Virus record (IMG/VR): IMGVR_UViG_3300004242_000001
Span: 1-41,221 of that record
Origin: a virus
Direction: 5' to 3' (one strand)
Length of the DNA: 41,221 nucleotides
The notes beneath the pieces were generated by a model that saw only the letters and a program-made list of their open reading frames with translations, did not search any database and was not told the origin of the DNA. The position numbers and the translations under genes are program-made. Below, piece by piece: positions 39,603 through 41,221 of this stretch (the first letter of the stretch is position 1; every line of letters starts with the position of its first letter).

Positions 39603-41221
39603 TTGGACTCCCTCACCCCACTCCCCTCCGCCATCCCCACTGGCTCCACAGTTGACGCCTACCTCCGTGACAGCGGCGGAGATGGTCAAGACCGCTCCGT
39701 CTCTCGCCAACTTGAAGCCATCACCGAATACTGCGCCAGGCACAACCTCACCCTGCGCCACATCTACAAAGATGCTGCCAAATCTGGAGGCTCCACCGCA
39801 GGGCGTGACGACTTCGACCGCCTCATCTCCAACACCCGCAACGAAGCCGAACGCCCTGCCGCCCTCCTCCTTTGGAACTACGCCCGCTTTGCCCGCGACC
39901 TCGACGACTCAACCTATTACAAATCCCTCCTTCGCAAACGCGGCATCGTCGTCCACTCCCTCACCGACCACATCCCCGAAGGACCATACGGACGCTTCGT
40001 CGAATTCCTCATCGACATCTCCAACGAAGAAAAGCGCCGCCAAACCTCCATCGACAGCAAAGACGGAATCCGCTCCATTGTCGCCCAGGGAGCCGTACCA
40101 GGTGTCCCGCCTCGTGGCATCAAACGCGAACCGCTCATCACCATCAACCCGCGCACGGGTCTCGAACGTAAAAACCACCGCTGGGTTCCCGACCCCGAAT
40201 ATATCCCCCGCGTGCGCACCGCCTTTGAAATGCGCGCCGCTGAAAAATCCCTCGACGAAATCCAAAAAGCCACCCAGTTATTTTCCACCATCAACTCATA
40301 CGCCACCTTCTGGAAAAACCCGATTTATTACGGAACCCTCGTCTACGGCGACGTCACCATCGAAAACTACTGCCAGCCAATAATAGAAAAATCCCTGTGG
40401 GATAAGGTTCAACTTATCCAACAGGGATTTGCCCAATCGAAAAATTTACGTGAAGGTTCCCCAAACCACCCCCGCCGCGCCAACTCCGATTTCATTCTCT
40501 CGGGACTCGCCCGCTGCGCCAAATGTGGATCACCCCTCTTCGGGCGCACCTCCCACCAAAAAACAGGCTACAAATACCAATCCTACCTCTGCACCCTCGC
40601 CTACCGCAAACGCGGAGCCTGCTCAAAAGGACGCATCCCCAAACCCGCCCTCGAAACCGCAGTCATCAACGCCTTCACCAACTACATCCTCCGCCCAGAA
40701 AACGTCACAGAAATGCTGCGCCTAATGGCTGAAGAACAGGCAGGTCTTGCCGAACAGATAGCCGAACAACGCCGAGCGCTCCTCACAAAAATAGCCTCCA
40801 ACAAAAAACAACTTAACAACGTGGTCGATGCCATCGCCGAAAGTGGATCATCACCCGCCCTCAAAACCCGCCTCTCCAATCTTGAACTCGAAAAACTCGA
40901 TCTTGACCTCGCCCTCACCGAACTGGAATCCGCGGCAGCGCTGGAGTCCAGTTCCCAGGCGCCAACCCTATCCACCGCTCAACTTGACAATGCCCTCAAA
41001 GACATCGTCTCCATACTCAAAAGTAAGGAACCCCACGCCCTCAAACTTTTCCTGCGTGGTTTCATAGACCACATCGATGTCGAACGCAACGAAAACACCC
41101 TGCGAGGCACAATTTACTACACTCTGCCTGGCGATGGTACAATCTCAGGAAACAATACTATCCCACCCTCAAGCGGAGACGATGATGTACCTACATCCTC
41201 CCATCCGTCGGGACCGCCTCT
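39603..41221 (+). CDS. Large serine recombinase (integrase); runs off the window end and finishes at 116..118
   Basis: VDAYLRDSGGDGQDRSVSRQLEAI (resolvase catalytic Ser motif), a recombinase domain, zinc ribbon CAKCGSPL…YLCTLAYRKRGAC, and a coiled coil. No ATG; the TTG at 39603 is the first start candidate after the upstream stop. Confidence 0.85.
   Translation, partial: MDSLTPLPSAIPTGSTVDAYLRDSGGDGQDRSVSRQLEAITEYCARHNLTLRHIYKDAAKSGGSTAGRDDFDRLISNTRNEAERPAALLLWNYARFARDLDDSTYYKSLLRKRGIVVHSLTDHIPEGPYGRFVEFLIDISNEEKRRQTSIDSKDGIRSIVAQGAVPGVPPRGIKREPLITINPRTGLERKNHRWVPDPEYIPRVRTAFEMRAAEKSLDEIQKATQLFSTINSYATFWKNPIYYGTLVYGDVTIENYCQPIIEKSLWDKVQLIQQGFAQSKNLREGSPNHPRRANSDFILSGLARCAKCGSPLFGRTSHQKTGYKYQSYLCTLAYRKRGACSKGRIPKPALETAVINAFTNYILRPENVTEMLRLMAEEQAGLAEQIAEQRRALLTKIASNKKQLNNVVDAIAESGSSPALKTRLSNLELEKLDLDLALTELESAAALESSSQAPTLSTAQLDNALKDIVSILKSKEPHALKLFLRGFIDHIDVERNENTLRGTIYYTLPGDGTISGNNTIPPSSGDDDVPTSSHPSGPP
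41162..41221. repeat. Terminal direct repeat, copy 2 (identical to 1..60)
   Basis: Letter-for-letter identity with 1..60. Confidence 0.9.

Noticed and set aside
39652-40383. 243-aa plus-strand ORF (and 39218..39655, 39872..40171, 40429..40725) rich in Pro/Thr/Ser
   Set aside because: These are off-frame readings of the serine recombinase and DUF4236 genes. The adjacent frame carries the resolvase catalytic motif, recombinase domain and zinc ribbon, so it is the real one.

Overview
The window appears to be one complete genome of a temperate siphovirus-like tailed phage. The first 60 bases are identical to the last 60, and a recombinase ORF reads straight through the implied junction. That gives 41,161 unique bp, either circular or circularly permuted. 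About 90% of the coding is on the minus strand, in two long and tightly coupled blocks. (1) The late block (19172 down to 139) holds two lysis-like membrane proteins, TerS, TerL, portal, a MuF-like head protein fused to an ADP-ribosyltransferase domain, scaffold, decoration protein, major capsid, Ad1/Hc1/Ne1/Tc1-type connector proteins, major tail protein, G/G-T chaperones with a canonical -1 frameshift site, tape measure, Dit-like and Tal-like proteins, a fibre, and a secreted small protein. (2) The early/middle block (37101 down to 19458) holds an RHH-like first gene followed by a terminator, a tyrosine recombinase, a Spo11/Topo VI-A-like (Mini-A-like) protein, a Toprim primase fused to a P-loop NTPase, an iteron-rich AT-rich region, a ParM/ParR-like pair, a DUF5131 (Gp37/Gp68) protein, a second TerS-like paralog and two tandem ParB-domain DNA methyltransferases. 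A plus-strand lysogeny module (38047 to the end, wrapping to 118) holds an XRE-type repressor, small membrane proteins, a DUF4236-TM-Excalibur protein and a large serine recombinase. Non-coding structure is unusually rich. It includes three near-consensus sigma70-type promoters, palindromic operators in the switch region, and a late promoter followed about 100 nt downstream by a strong terminator with attenuator-like alternative pairing. It also includes three copies of a roughly 52-nt C-rich/G-rich hairpin element, three arrays of a 7-bp tandem repeat bracketing the head genes, a G-quadruplex-prone tract and a tRNA-like T-arm/acceptor fragment. I saw no rRNA gene, complete tRNA gene, CRISPR array, transposase or recognisable endolysin. 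All functional calls rest on motifs and gene order read by eye. No database search was run.
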